64,000 nt of DNA, taken from assembly GCA_965213925.1 (NCBI GenBank), contig OZ243927.1, positions 2,944,001 through 3,008,000 of the forward strand, given 5' to 3'. Each line of letters begins with the position of its first letter. Within the stretch, counting starts at the first letter, position 1. The position numbers were made by a program, and so were the translations under genes. This stretch comes from Trueperaceae bacterium. Lineage in GTDB: Bacteria; Deinococcota; Deinococci; Deinococcales; Trueperaceae. Shown here piece by piece: positions 18,701 through 27,596 of this stretch. The notes beneath the pieces were generated by a model. That model was not told the origin of the DNA, did no database searches, and worked only from the letters and a program-made list of their open reading frames with translations.

Positions 18701-20260
18701 GTGCACTCCCCTACCGCTCCGACAACCCAAAATAAAGACATCCTGCTCGAGATGCACACCATCACCAAACGCTTCCCCGGCGTTATCGCAAACGACAACG
18801 TGAGTTTGACGCTACGCGCGGGCGAAGTCCACGCACTTTTGGGCGAGAACGGCGCGGGCAAAACGACCCTTATTAGCATCTTGTACGGTCTTTACAACCC
18901 GGACGAAGGCGAGATTTTCGTGCGCAGCGAAGCGGTACACTTTCGCTCGCCGAAAGACGCGATTCACGCAGGCATCGGGCTCATCGCGCAACACTTCATG
19001 CTCGTCAAGAAGCATACGGTGGCGGAGAATATCGCATTAGGTTTAGAGCGCACGCCCTTCTTCTTCCCGCTACGCAACCTCAAAACGCAAATTCGCGAAC
19101 TCGGCGAGCGCTACGGGCTGGGCGTGGACCCGGACGCTTACGTCAATGAACTCTCAGCGGGCGAGCAGCAGCGCGTGGAGATTCTAAAGGCGCTCGTGCG
19201 CGGCGCGAAGGTTCTTATCATGGACGAGCCGACGGGCGTATTGACGCCGCAGGAGGCGCAGAACCTCTTCGGCGTCTTGGCGCGAATGAAAGAGGCAGGG
19301 CACGCGGTCATCTTCATTACCCACAAGCTCAGCGAGGTTTTGGATATCGCAGACCGCATCACCGTGTTGCGCAAAGGGGCAGTAGTAGGCGCGTTGGAAC
19401 GCAGCGAGGCGGACGAGAAAACCCTAGCGCGGCTGATGGTCGGGCGCGAGGTCGCGCCGGTGCGCTTAGAGAGAGTGGCGGGCGAAGGGGACAAGGGCGT
19501 CGTTTTAGAAGCGGAAAAGCTCTCCGCGCAGAGCGAACGCGACACGGCGGCGCTCAAGGAGGTTTCATTTCACATTAAACGCGGCGAGATTTTAGGCGTG
19601 GCGGGCGTGGCAGGCAACGGTCAGAGCGAACTCATCGAGGTCGTCACCGGGCACCGCTCTTTAACGGCTGGGCGGCTCACCCTAGCGGGCGAAGACGTCA
19701 CCTCCCTAGACAGCCGACGACGCTTCGAGCGCGGCGTCGCGCACATCCCTGAAGAGCGTCTTGGCGTAGGCGTCGTGCCGACGCTCTCGGTGGCGGAGAA
19801 CTTGGCGCTCAGGCACTACCGCTACGCGCCCTTCGCGCGAGGACCACTCCTCAGCCCGAAAGCCGTGGCTTACTTCGCCGAACGCGCCATCGAAACCTAT
19901 GAGATCGCGACGCCTTCGCGCCGCACGCCTACGCGCCTCCTCTCGGGCGGCAATATTCAGAAGCTCATCTTGGCGCGGGAGCTGTCTAACCTGAGTGAGC
20001 GCTCCAACACCTCGCTTATCGTCGCCTCGCACCCGACGTACGGGCTCGACGTGGGCGCGGCGGCGCAGGTCCACCGAGCGCTCTTAGAAGAGCGCAGCGA
20101 AGGGAGCGGCGTGCTACTCATCTCCGAAGATTTAGAGGAACTTTTGGGATTAGCGGACCGAATCATGGTGATGTTTGCGGGTGAGGTCATGGGGACGCTC
20201 AAAGGTGAACAGGCTGAACGCGAGCAGCTCGGGCTGATGATGGCGGGGGTGAGGGCGTGA
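18701..20260 (+). CDS. BMP/nucleoside-type ABC ATPase with two ABC domains
   Basis: FPGVIAND, GENGAGKTT, LSAGEQQRVEI, GVAGNGQ, LSGGNIQK. Confidence 0.95.
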   Translation: MHSPTAPTTQNKDILLEMHTITKRFPGVIANDNVSLTLRAGEVHALLGENGAGKTTLISILYGLYNPDEGEIFVRSEAVHFRSPKDAIHAGIGLIAQHFMLVKKHTVAENIALGLERTPFFFPLRNLKTQIRELGERYGLGVDPDAYVNELSAGEQQRVEILKALVRGAKVLIMDEPTGVLTPQEAQNLFGVLARMKEAGHAVIFITHKLSEVLDIADRITVLRKGAVVGALERSEADEKTLARLMVGREVAPVRLERVAGEGDKGVVLEAEKLSAQSERDTAALKEVSFHIKRGEILGVAGVAGNGQSELIEVVTGHRSLTAGRLTLAGEDVTSLDSRRRFERGVAHIPEERLGVGVVPTLSVAENLALRHYRYAPFARGPLLSPKAVAYFAERAIETYEIATPSRRTPTRLLSGGNIQKLILARELSNLSERSNTSLIVASHPTYGLDVGAAAQVHRALLEERSEGSGVLLISEDLEELLGLADRIMVMFAGEVMGTLKGEQAEREQLGLMMAGVRA

Positions 20261-21378
20261 GCGGATTTATGGGTTGGCGGCTCGAGCGTCAACCCTCCCC
20301 TTCCCCTTTGGCAGTCATTGGCGTCTCTTTGGGTGCGATTTTCGCAGCGCTCGTCGTCACCGGCTTCATCTTCTGGTTCTACGGCTTCCATCCGCTCGAG
20401 GCTTACGGCACGATCCTGAGCAGCACGTTAGGCAACTTCAGAGGCTTCGCCGAAGTGTTGCGGAAATCCATTCCACTCCTCTTGGCGGGCGTCGGGCTGG
20501 TGCTCGCGTTTCGGGCGCAGTTTTGGAACATCGGGGCGGAGGGGCAGATTTTAGTCGGTGCGGTAGCGGCGTCGGGCGTGGCACTTTTCGTTCCCTTACC
20601 CGGTCCTCTCTACCTTCCCGTGATGTTCTTGGCAGGTTTCGTCGGCGGCGCACTCTGGGGGCTCGTGCCCGCGCTCCTCAAGGTTCGTCTAGGCGTCAAC
20701 GAAATCATCACCACGCTGATGCTCAACTACGTCGCGATCTACCTCGTGCAGTACCTCATCTATGGACCCTGGAAGGGCGCGGCCACACGTGGAATGCCCA
20801 TCTCCGACTTCTTCCCCGACGCGGCGTGGTTGCCCGTCATCCCCGGCACGCGGCTTCACTGGCCCACCCTTGTTCTAGGACTTTTACTCGCCCTATTCGT
20901 CGCCTTTTTGCTCGCCCGCACAAAGCTCGGCTTCGAGATTCGCGTGCTCGGGCAAAGCCCGCGAGCGGCGCGGTATGCGGGGGTGAACTTTCTCAAGACG
21001 ACGTTGGTTTTGGTTCTTATTTCGGCGGGCGCGGCGGGCTTGGCAGGCGTAGGCGAGGTGGCGGGCATCTATCACCGCTTGACAGACCCCGCGCAGCTCT
21101 CGCTCGGCTACGGCTACACAGCGATCATCGTAGCGCTTCTGGCGAGGAACAACCCTATCGCGGCTGTTTTTACCGCGCTCTTTTTAGGGTTCGTCTTCGC
21201 CAGCGGCGACGTGATGCGGGTCTCACTCCGCTTGCCCTTCCAGATGACGAACGTCATCAGCGGTTTGGTACTCCTCTTTATGATCGCGAGCGAGCCGCTT
21301 TTGCGCTATAGATTGCGCCGGGTGGAGAAGGATTCGGCGGTAACGGATGTCGAGTCCCGCAGGTCTCGGCAGAGCTAA
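20257..21378 (+). CDS. BMP/nucleoside ABC permease 1
   Basis: WNIGAEGQ, GVNEIITTLMLNY, GYGYTAIIVALL. Confidence 0.93.
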   Translation: MSGFMGWRLERQPSPSPLAVIGVSLGAIFAALVVTGFIFWFYGFHPLEAYGTILSSTLGNFRGFAEVLRKSIPLLLAGVGLVLAFRAQFWNIGAEGQILVGAVAASGVALFVPLPGPLYLPVMFLAGFVGGALWGLVPALLKVRLGVNEIITTLMLNYVAIYLVQYLIYGPWKGAATRGMPISDFFPDAAWLPVIPGTRLHWPTLVLGLLLALFVAFLLARTKLGFEIRVLGQSPRAARYAGVNFLKTTLVLVLISAGAAGLAGVGEVAGIYHRLTDPAQLSLGYGYTAIIVALLARNNPIAAVFTALFLGFVFASGDVMRVSLRLPFQMTNVISGLVLLFMIASEPLLRYRLRRVEKDSAVTDVESRRSRQS

Positions 21379-21439
21379 ATAGAGGTGAGGCCGTAAGTGA
21401 AAAATCTTGGTGGAGAGTGGCGAATGAAAGATAGTTGAA

Positions 21440-21535
21440 AGCAACGAGCAATGAGCAATGAGTGAAACCCTTTAGACTCATTGCTCATTGCTCGGAACTC
21501 ATTGCTCATCTACTTATTGCTCGGAACTCATTGCT
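21440..21535. repeat. AGCAATG/CATTGCT heptamer array with 19-bp hairpin
   Basis: Stem 21445-21463 / 21476-21494 plus further CATTGCT units. Confidence 0.8.
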
Positions 21536-21557
21536 ACTTTATAGATAGGAAGGATAT

Positions 21558-22484
21558 ATGGAAGCAGATTGGCTCATCAGCACGGTAGGACGCGCGCTCG
21601 CGTTTAGCACACCCCTTCTCTGGGCGGCGCTCGGTGAAATCTACGCCGAACGCGCTGGGGTGGTGAATTTGGGGCTCGAGGGCATGATGATTCTAGGCGC
21701 GATTTTAGGTTTTATCGCAGGCCAAACGACCGGCTCGCCTCTGCTGGGTCTCGTGGTGGCGGCGGGTGCGGGTGGGCTCGCGGCACTTTTGCACGCCTTT
21801 ATTTCCATCACTTTGCGGGCGAACCAATACGTCTCCGGCTTAGCGCTCACGATTTTGGGGCTCGGTTTGGCAGGGCTCTTAGGCAGAGGATACGAGGGAA
21901 TCCCGCTGCGTCAGCCGATGCAAGCGGTCAGCGTTCCCTTGCTCTCCGATATTCCGGTTATCGGTCCAGCCTTTTTTACGAATCAGTACCTCTTGACCTA
22001 CGCGGGGCTTCTCATTGCGGTACTGCTCTGGTTCGTCTTGCGCTACACCAAAGTGGGCGTCACGCTTCGCTCGGTGGGTGAGTCGCCCAAAGCGGCGGAC
22101 TCGCTCGGCATCAACGTGTTTACGGTGCGCTATTTAGCGGTGATTTTCGGTGGGCTGATGGCGGGGATTGCGGGCGGCTACCTCTCACTAGCGTATCGCC
22201 CCTCGTGGAGCGAAGGGATGACGGCGGGGATGGGTTGGATCGCTTTAGCCATCACGATCTTCGCCGCGTGGAGCCCGCTGCGCGCTATTCTAGCGGCGTT
22301 TTTATTCGGCGCGTGCTTTCACCTCTCGTTTCGGCTGCAAGGCACCTTTCCTACCGAGTTCTTGCAGATGCTTCCCTACGTCTTCACGATTCTGGCGCTT
22401 ACGGTGATTGCGCTGAGTAAAGCAGGACGCCGTAGCGGTGCGCCCGAGGCGTTGGGGGAGCCTTACTCGAGGGGGGAGAGGTAA
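21558..22484 (+). CDS. BMP/nucleoside ABC permease 2
   Basis: ERAGVVNLGLEGMM, SVGESPKAADSLGINV, APEALGEPY end. Confidence 0.93.
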   Translation: MEADWLISTVGRALAFSTPLLWAALGEIYAERAGVVNLGLEGMMILGAILGFIAGQTTGSPLLGLVVAAGAGGLAALLHAFISITLRANQYVSGLALTILGLGLAGLLGRGYEGIPLRQPMQAVSVPLLSDIPVIGPAFFTNQYLLTYAGLLIAVLLWFVLRYTKVGVTLRSVGESPKAADSLGINVFTVRYLAVIFGGLMAGIAGGYLSLAYRPSWSEGMTAGMGWIALAITIFAAWSPLRAILAAFLFGACFHLSFRLQGTFPTEFLQMLPYVFTILALTVIALSKAGRRSGAPEALGEPYSRGER

Positions 22485-22490
22485 AAAGCA

Positions 22491-22631
22491 CTTCAGCTAG
22501 TCAGCAGGTCAGGAAAACCTGAAGCAGGAGCGGGTTTGAAACCCGCTCCTGCATCTGCCTCTCGACCCCCTTGAATTTGAGTCGTCTTTTTCTATCAGAA
22601 GGTTGCAGCAAAGTATCCGAGAGGCTTTCTG
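22491..22631. repeat. Composite repeat: AGCTAGTC unit, REP-like hairpin and conserved tail
   Basis: 22491-22524 matches 48808-48842 in reverse; hairpin GCAGGAGCGGGTTT-G-AAACCCGCTCCTGC at 22524-22552; tail 22576-22631 matches 4207-4252. Confidence 0.65.
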
Positions 22632-22716
22632 CGACCTTTCGTAGTTTAGAGCGCTACTTTTCGGCAGTTTCAGACTAAACCCATAATCTCAAGCCACCCC
22701 GCAGATAAGTCTCTAA

Positions 22717-22769
22717 ATAGATGATAAAAACATCTATAGCTTACATATAGATGAAAAATACATCTATAT
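22717..22769. promoter_or_regulatory. Tandem palindromic operator upstream of the RdhA-like cassette
   Basis: ATAGATG-N7-CATCTAT twice at a 30-bp period; TATAGT (-10-like) at 22767-22772. Confidence 0.7.
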
Positions 22770-22845
22770 AGTGTTCATAGCGGTTCTCGGTTTGCTTATC
22801 GGTCTAGGAGACGCCGCGAGACTTCAGCTAGTTCGGGAGATTACG

Positions 22846-24114
22846 GTGGCAATTCCTAAATTCGAGCGTCCAGAGAACTTTATTGAACAGATACGCGACC
22901 ACCTGCGCGTGTTTCTAGGGGCTTCTAAACAGGTACTGATGACCGCAGGGATAGCTTTAGTGAACCGCACTCTAGGACGCTTCGCTCGAGCCTGGGCTGC
23001 CAGGAAGATAGCCCGAGGCGAAACCATTTGGTTGGACGACCTACCCGGTCCCGCCGCAAGCGAGGAGCAGCAGTTCGAGGGCTACCCACAGATCAAGGCT
23101 GACCTGTCTCCTAATACGCGCGTTCCGTCACAAAAGTCGCGCTTCATTGCGCTAGAATCCTACCCGCCCCCCGTCTACCCCTTTGCCTACCGCGAACCGC
23201 CCCTCTCGAGCTTCAGCATCAGCGGCTTAGGTGAGAGCGAGAAGCGACGCCCCCGTCACCTCTTCTTCGGGCTTGACTACGCTTGGCGCGGTTTGATGAA
23301 AATGCTGCTCATCAACAGTACTGGAGAGGTCATGAAAACGATTTTAGGACTTTGGTGGGATGACCGGCGGCGCTGGGGCGTGGTTGCAGCCGAGCGGCGT
23401 GTCATTCCTAGCCCTCAGAGGATGACGGACAAGATTAAAGCCTTCGCCAAAGCCAACGGCGCAGCCTTGGTCGGCGTCACCATCCCCGCCGATGAGACCC
23501 GCTTCGAGGAATTTGACGACCCTTACCAATATGCTATCTCCATCGCTGTACCGATGGACCGGGAGTATATGACATATGCACCCACTCGATACTCCCACAC
23601 AGAGGTCCAGCACATTTACCGCGAAGTAGGGAAAGTCGCTATTAAGCTTGCTGAGCACATCCGCTCGTTGGGCTATCCTGCGCTAGCGTGCACCAATATC
23701 GTCCCCGGCAGTACCAACGTGCTGCACGTACCCATCGCCATTCAAGCGGGGTTAGGTCAGTTAGGCAAGCACGGCTCGATGATCACCAAGGAGTACGGCT
23801 CGAACGTCCGCCTCGCCACAGTGCTTACTGACTTGCCGCTCGTTCCTGACGAACCCGTTGATATCGGCGTGGACGACTTCTGCCTGAACTGCAAAATCTG
23901 TACGACGAACTGTCCACCACACGCTATTTTCGAGACCAAACAGATCGTGAGAGGTGAAGAGAAATGGTACGTGAACTTTGACACGTGCGTTCCTTACTTC
24001 GTGGCAAACGAGAGCTGCGCTGTTTGCATCGAGGTGTGCCCGTGGAGCGAGCCGGGGCGGGGCGCAGTCATATCCGAGAAGATGCTCAAGCTCCGTGGTG
24101 AAATCGCAGCCTAA
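22846..24114 (+). CDS. Reductive dehalogenase/QueG-superfamily cobalamin + 2[4Fe-4S] protein, paralogue 1
   Basis: Start trimmed to GTG 22846 (GGGAG RBS; aligns with the paralogue N-terminus); AGLGQLGKHGSMITKEYGSNVRLATVLTDLPL; CLNCKICTTNCP and C-x9-CAVCIEVCPW. Confidence 0.8.
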   Translation: MAIPKFERPENFIEQIRDHLRVFLGASKQVLMTAGIALVNRTLGRFARAWAARKIARGETIWLDDLPGPAASEEQQFEGYPQIKADLSPNTRVPSQKSRFIALESYPPPVYPFAYREPPLSSFSISGLGESEKRRPRHLFFGLDYAWRGLMKMLLINSTGEVMKTILGLWWDDRRRWGVVAAERRVIPSPQRMTDKIKAFAKANGAALVGVTIPADETRFEEFDDPYQYAISIAVPMDREYMTYAPTRYSHTEVQHIYREVGKVAIKLAEHIRSLGYPALACTNIVPGSTNVLHVPIAIQAGLGQLGKHGSMITKEYGSNVRLATVLTDLPLVPDEPVDIGVDDFCLNCKICTTNCPPHAIFETKQIVRGEEKWYVNFDTCVPYFVANESCAVCIEVCPWSEPGRGAVISEKMLKLRGEIAA

Positions 24115-24198
24115 ACCTCATTCATATGCGTGACTTTTTGAGTCTTCAATCAGCAAATTCAGTAGCGAGATGCAAAGTTCAAGTGTTGAGGAGGAGTT

Positions 24199-25464
24199 AT
24201 GGCGGTACCCAAACTCGAGCGTCCACAAAGCTTTAGAGAGCGAGTGCGTGACCATCTGCGCGTCTTTCGGGAAGCATCTAAGATGGTGTTACTCACCGCA
24301 GTTATGAAGCTAGCGAGTCATACATTAGGACGCCTCGCACGGTTCTGGATAGAGAGAAAAATAGCTCGAGGTGAGACCTTGTGGTTAGACGATATGCCTG
24401 GTCCCGCTGTAGCCGAGCATCAGACATTCGAGGGCTATTCTCAGATCAAGGCGGACTTGTCGCCTAATACTAACATTCGGTTACAGAAGTCTCGCTTCAT
24501 CGCCACCGAGCCGCCGCCGCCCACCTATCCTTTCGCGTACCGCGAGCCGCCCCTCTCAGGCAGCGTCATCAGCGGTTTGGGCGAGACTGAGAAGCGTCGT
24601 CCTCACCACTTGTTTTTCGGTCTCGATTACGCCTGGGGCGACCTGATGGGGGGCTTTCTTCTCCTACAGTCTACAAAGCTTTTTGGTATCACCACGAATC
24701 TCTGGTGGGACGACCGGCGGCGCTGGGGTGTCGTTTCACCCAAACAGCAGCGCGTTAGCGACCCCGCAAAGATGACAGATGATATCAAAGCGTTTGCGAA
24801 GGCGAACGGCGCGACTCTTGTTGGCGTTACCGCGCTAGCCGACGAGCACCGCTTCGAGGACTTCGACGATCCCTACAAGTACGCGATCTCCATCGCCGTG
24901 CCGATGGACCGTGAGGAGATGCGCTACACGCCCAGCGAGCGCTCCTACACGGAAATCTTTCGTATTTACCGTGAGGTAGGCCAAATCGCTATTAAAGTCG
25001 CTGAACATATTCGTTCGCTGGGTCACCCTGCGCTGGCGTGTACCAACATCGTTCCCGACAGTACTGTCGTCTTGCACGTACCCATCGCGATTCAAGCAGG
25101 GTTGGGTCAGTTGGGTAAACATGGCTCGATGATCACCAAGGAGCATGGCTCCAACGTTCGGCTTGCCACTATCCTGACGGACTTACCCCTCGTTACCGAT
25201 GAGCCCGTTGATTTGGGCGTCGATGACTTTTGCCTGAACTGCAAAATCTGTACAACGAACTGCCCACCGCACGCTATCTTCGAGACCAAACAGATCGTGA
25301 GAGGCGAGGAGAAGTGGTACGTGGACTTTGACAAATGCGTGCCCTACTTCGCGAGCAATGAAACCTGTGGGATTTGTATTGAGGTATGCCCCTGGAGCAC
25401 GCCGGGGGGCGGCGCAGTCATATCTGAGAAGATGCTCAAGCTCCGGGGTGAGGTTGCAGTTTGA
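24199..25464 (+). CDS. Reductive dehalogenase/QueG-superfamily protein, paralogue 2
   Basis: Collinear with paralogue 1 over its whole length; same B12-region and Fe-S motifs; GAGGAGG RBS. Confidence 0.8.
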   Translation: MAVPKLERPQSFRERVRDHLRVFREASKMVLLTAVMKLASHTLGRLARFWIERKIARGETLWLDDMPGPAVAEHQTFEGYSQIKADLSPNTNIRLQKSRFIATEPPPPTYPFAYREPPLSGSVISGLGETEKRRPHHLFFGLDYAWGDLMGGFLLLQSTKLFGITTNLWWDDRRRWGVVSPKQQRVSDPAKMTDDIKAFAKANGATLVGVTALADEHRFEDFDDPYKYAISIAVPMDREEMRYTPSERSYTEIFRIYREVGQIAIKVAEHIRSLGHPALACTNIVPDSTVVLHVPIAIQAGLGQLGKHGSMITKEHGSNVRLATILTDLPLVTDEPVDLGVDDFCLNCKICTTNCPPHAIFETKQIVRGEEKWYVDFDKCVPYFASNETCGICIEVCPWSTPGGGAVISEKMLKLRGEVAV

Positions 25465-25520
25465 GCGTAGCGGCGCACGAGCGAGATAGAGCTGACATCA
25501 CGCAGCAGTTAGGAACAATT

Positions 25521-26885
25521 ATGCACGCTGACCCAACACGCTCACTTCGCGTCGCCATCATCGGCGCGGGTCCCGCTGGCTTCTACGCGGCGCAGGCGCT
25601 TACCAGGCAGTCTCCGTCCGCCACAGCCGATCTCTTCGAGCGCCTACCGAGCCCTTACGGACTGGTACGTTACGGCGTCGCACCCGACCACGAGACGGTC
25701 AAATCGAAAGCCTTCGCCTTCGACCTCATCCTCAGACATAGGCGCGTCCGCTATTTTGGCAATGTCACCTTCGGTAAAGACATCACGCACGAAGAGATTA
25801 GAGCGCACTACGACGCGGTTATTTACACCGTAGGCGCAAGCCGTGATAGGTCACTAGGCATCCCTGGCGAGGACCTCCCCGGCAGCCTCTCCGCCACCGA
25901 GTTCATCGCCTGGTACAACGCCCACCCCGACCATGCGGAACTGAACCCACCACTGGATACAGCGCACGTCGCCGTCGTCGGTATGGGCAACGTCGCGCTG
26001 GACGTGACGCGAGCGCTGCTCAAAGACCCCGGTGAACTGGATAAAACCGATATGGCTCCTTACGCGGTGGCGGCGCTGCGGCGCTCATTGGTCACCGACG
26101 TTCACATCCTGGGGCGGCGCGGTCCTTCACAGGCGAGCTTCACGCCTAAAGAGCTGCGTGAGGTTGCCGAACTGCCAGACGTTGAGATAGTCGTTGACCC
26201 TGCCGATATTGCAGCGAACAGGGTAGGAACGTTTGAAAATGAGCGCGAAGCGAAACATGCGGCGCGTAATCTGGAGCTTTTTACCGCTTATTCGAAATCA
26301 TATTCGAGACTCGCCAAGAACAGCGCTTCAAAGCGCGTTCACATTCACTTTTTCGTGTCGCCTGTCGAGGTTCAAGGAGAAGGACGGGTACAAGGTTTGA
26401 AGTTGGAACAGAATCGGCTCGAGCTAAAAGGTGAGCGTCTCTCTGCTGTCGGTACCAGCGAGTTCGAATCTTTGAATATCGGTCTCTTGCTGCGCTCGGT
26501 GGGCTACCGCAGCGCACCCCTTGACGGCGTCTCATTCGACGAAAAACGCGGCATCATCCCCAATCGAGGCGGGCGCGTGACGACCTTAGAGGGCGAGGTT
26601 GTGCGCGGCGAATACACCTCCGGTTGGGTGCGGCGCGGACCTTCGGGCGTAATCGGCACAAATAAGACGGATGCGGAGGAGACGGTGCGGCATCTGCTGG
26701 AGGACGCATCCACGCTCGAGCGTACCGAAGCTGCTGACATCACCTCTCTCCTAAAACGCAAAGGGGTGAGGTACGTGACGGCTGAGGACTGGCGGCGCAT
26801 CCTCAACACCGAACGTAGAAACGGTGCTCAGCAGCGCCGGAGTGTAAAGTTCGTAAGCGTCCGCGAAATGTTGGAAGTTTTGTGA
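25521..26885 (+). CDS. Ferredoxin-NADP+ reductase, adrenodoxin-reductase/FprA type
   Basis: GAGPAG, PYGLVRYGVAPDH, GMGNVALD, GRRGP, GWVRRGPSGVIGTN; ATG 25521 preferred, TTG 25461 possible. Confidence 0.92.
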   Translation: MHADPTRSLRVAIIGAGPAGFYAAQALTRQSPSATADLFERLPSPYGLVRYGVAPDHETVKSKAFAFDLILRHRRVRYFGNVTFGKDITHEEIRAHYDAVIYTVGASRDRSLGIPGEDLPGSLSATEFIAWYNAHPDHAELNPPLDTAHVAVVGMGNVALDVTRALLKDPGELDKTDMAPYAVAALRRSLVTDVHILGRRGPSQASFTPKELREVAELPDVEIVVDPADIAANRVGTFENEREAKHAARNLELFTAYSKSYSRLAKNSASKRVHIHFFVSPVEVQGEGRVQGLKLEQNRLELKGERLSAVGTSEFESLNIGLLLRSVGYRSAPLDGVSFDEKRGIIPNRGGRVTTLEGEVVRGEYTSGWVRRGPSGVIGTNKTDAEETVRHLLEDASTLERTEAADITSLLKRKGVRYVTAEDWRRILNTERRNGAQQRRSVKFVSVREMLEVL

Positions 26886-26937
26886 GCGCTAGAGCGGCGC
26901 TCACGCTCTGGTATGGCAGAAGATTATATGCTTAGGC

Positions 26938-27435
26938 ATGTCTAAACGCGCCCGCGTACCGAGCCCGTCGCTCTACTTCAACCACCACGACCTGGTGGAC
27001 GCCCTAGCAAACCATACCGGGTATCTGCTCAGCTACGTCGCGCAGATGGCGCAGCTCGCGCTGGACGAGTCGCTGGAGACGCTCGACATCGACGCGCGGC
27101 AGCTAGGCGTGATGGTCCTCATCGGTGAAACGGCGCACCGCTCTCAAGTCGCTATTAGCCAGCACTTGGGGTTGGACCGCGCTCACGTCGCTCGTTTGGT
27201 GGATGACCTAGAAACGTTAGGGTACGTGAGCCGCGACGCCGACCCGAGCGACCGGCGCTACTACAATTTGACGCTCACGGAGCGAGGTCAAGAGGTTCTT
27301 GAACACGCTAAGCAAAAATCTCAGGAGACCGAAGACGACGTTTACCAGTCACTCGACGATGAAGAACGCGCTCTGTTCCATACGCTGCTCAAAAGGGTGG
27401 CTGAGAAGCGCTTTTCGCTCGAGATGACCGAATAA
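26938..27435 (+). CDS. MarR-family transcriptional regulator
   Basis: SQVAISQHLGLDRAHVARLVDDLETLGYV...DRRYYNLTLTERG winged HTH; TATGCT -10 five nt upstream. Confidence 0.92.
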   Translation: MSKRARVPSPSLYFNHHDLVDALANHTGYLLSYVAQMAQLALDESLETLDIDARQLGVMVLIGETAHRSQVAISQHLGLDRAHVARLVDDLETLGYVSRDADPSDRRYYNLTLTERGQEVLEHAKQKSQETEDDVYQSLDDEERALFHTLLKRVAEKRFSLEMTE

Positions 27436-27596
27436 ACCGGTCATTTTTCTTGACTGATATCAGTACCCAAATCCGAATAACAGGTCAAGCGAAAACACGG
27501 ATAGGTGAAACCTGAACATCTTAATGAAGATGCACTCTATATCTCCAAGTGTGATAATTTATACAGAGTCAATCACGGGGCAGCCCCGGAGGTCTT

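Noticed and set aside
20274..21311. 345-aa alternative-frame ORF over the permease, and similar shadow ORFs such as 31665-32333, 32668-33336 and 60436-61149
   Set aside because: Arg/Ala-rich frames typical of GC-rich codon bias that fully overlap well-supported genes
21440..21535. CRISPR array (also considered for 50239-50289 and 48781-48842)
   Set aside because: Units are 7-14 bp with no unique 25-45-bp spacers, and no cas genes are present
22771..22845. Hydrophobic signal peptide on RdhA-like paralogue 1 (MFIAVLGLLIGL…)
   Set aside because: The paralogue alignment and the GGGAG RBS put the start at GTG 22846; the upstream GTG overlaps the -10/operator region
22846..25464. Respiratory organohalide respiration (rdhAB) locus
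   Set aside because: No twin-arginine signal and no small RdhB membrane anchor; an FNR is present instead
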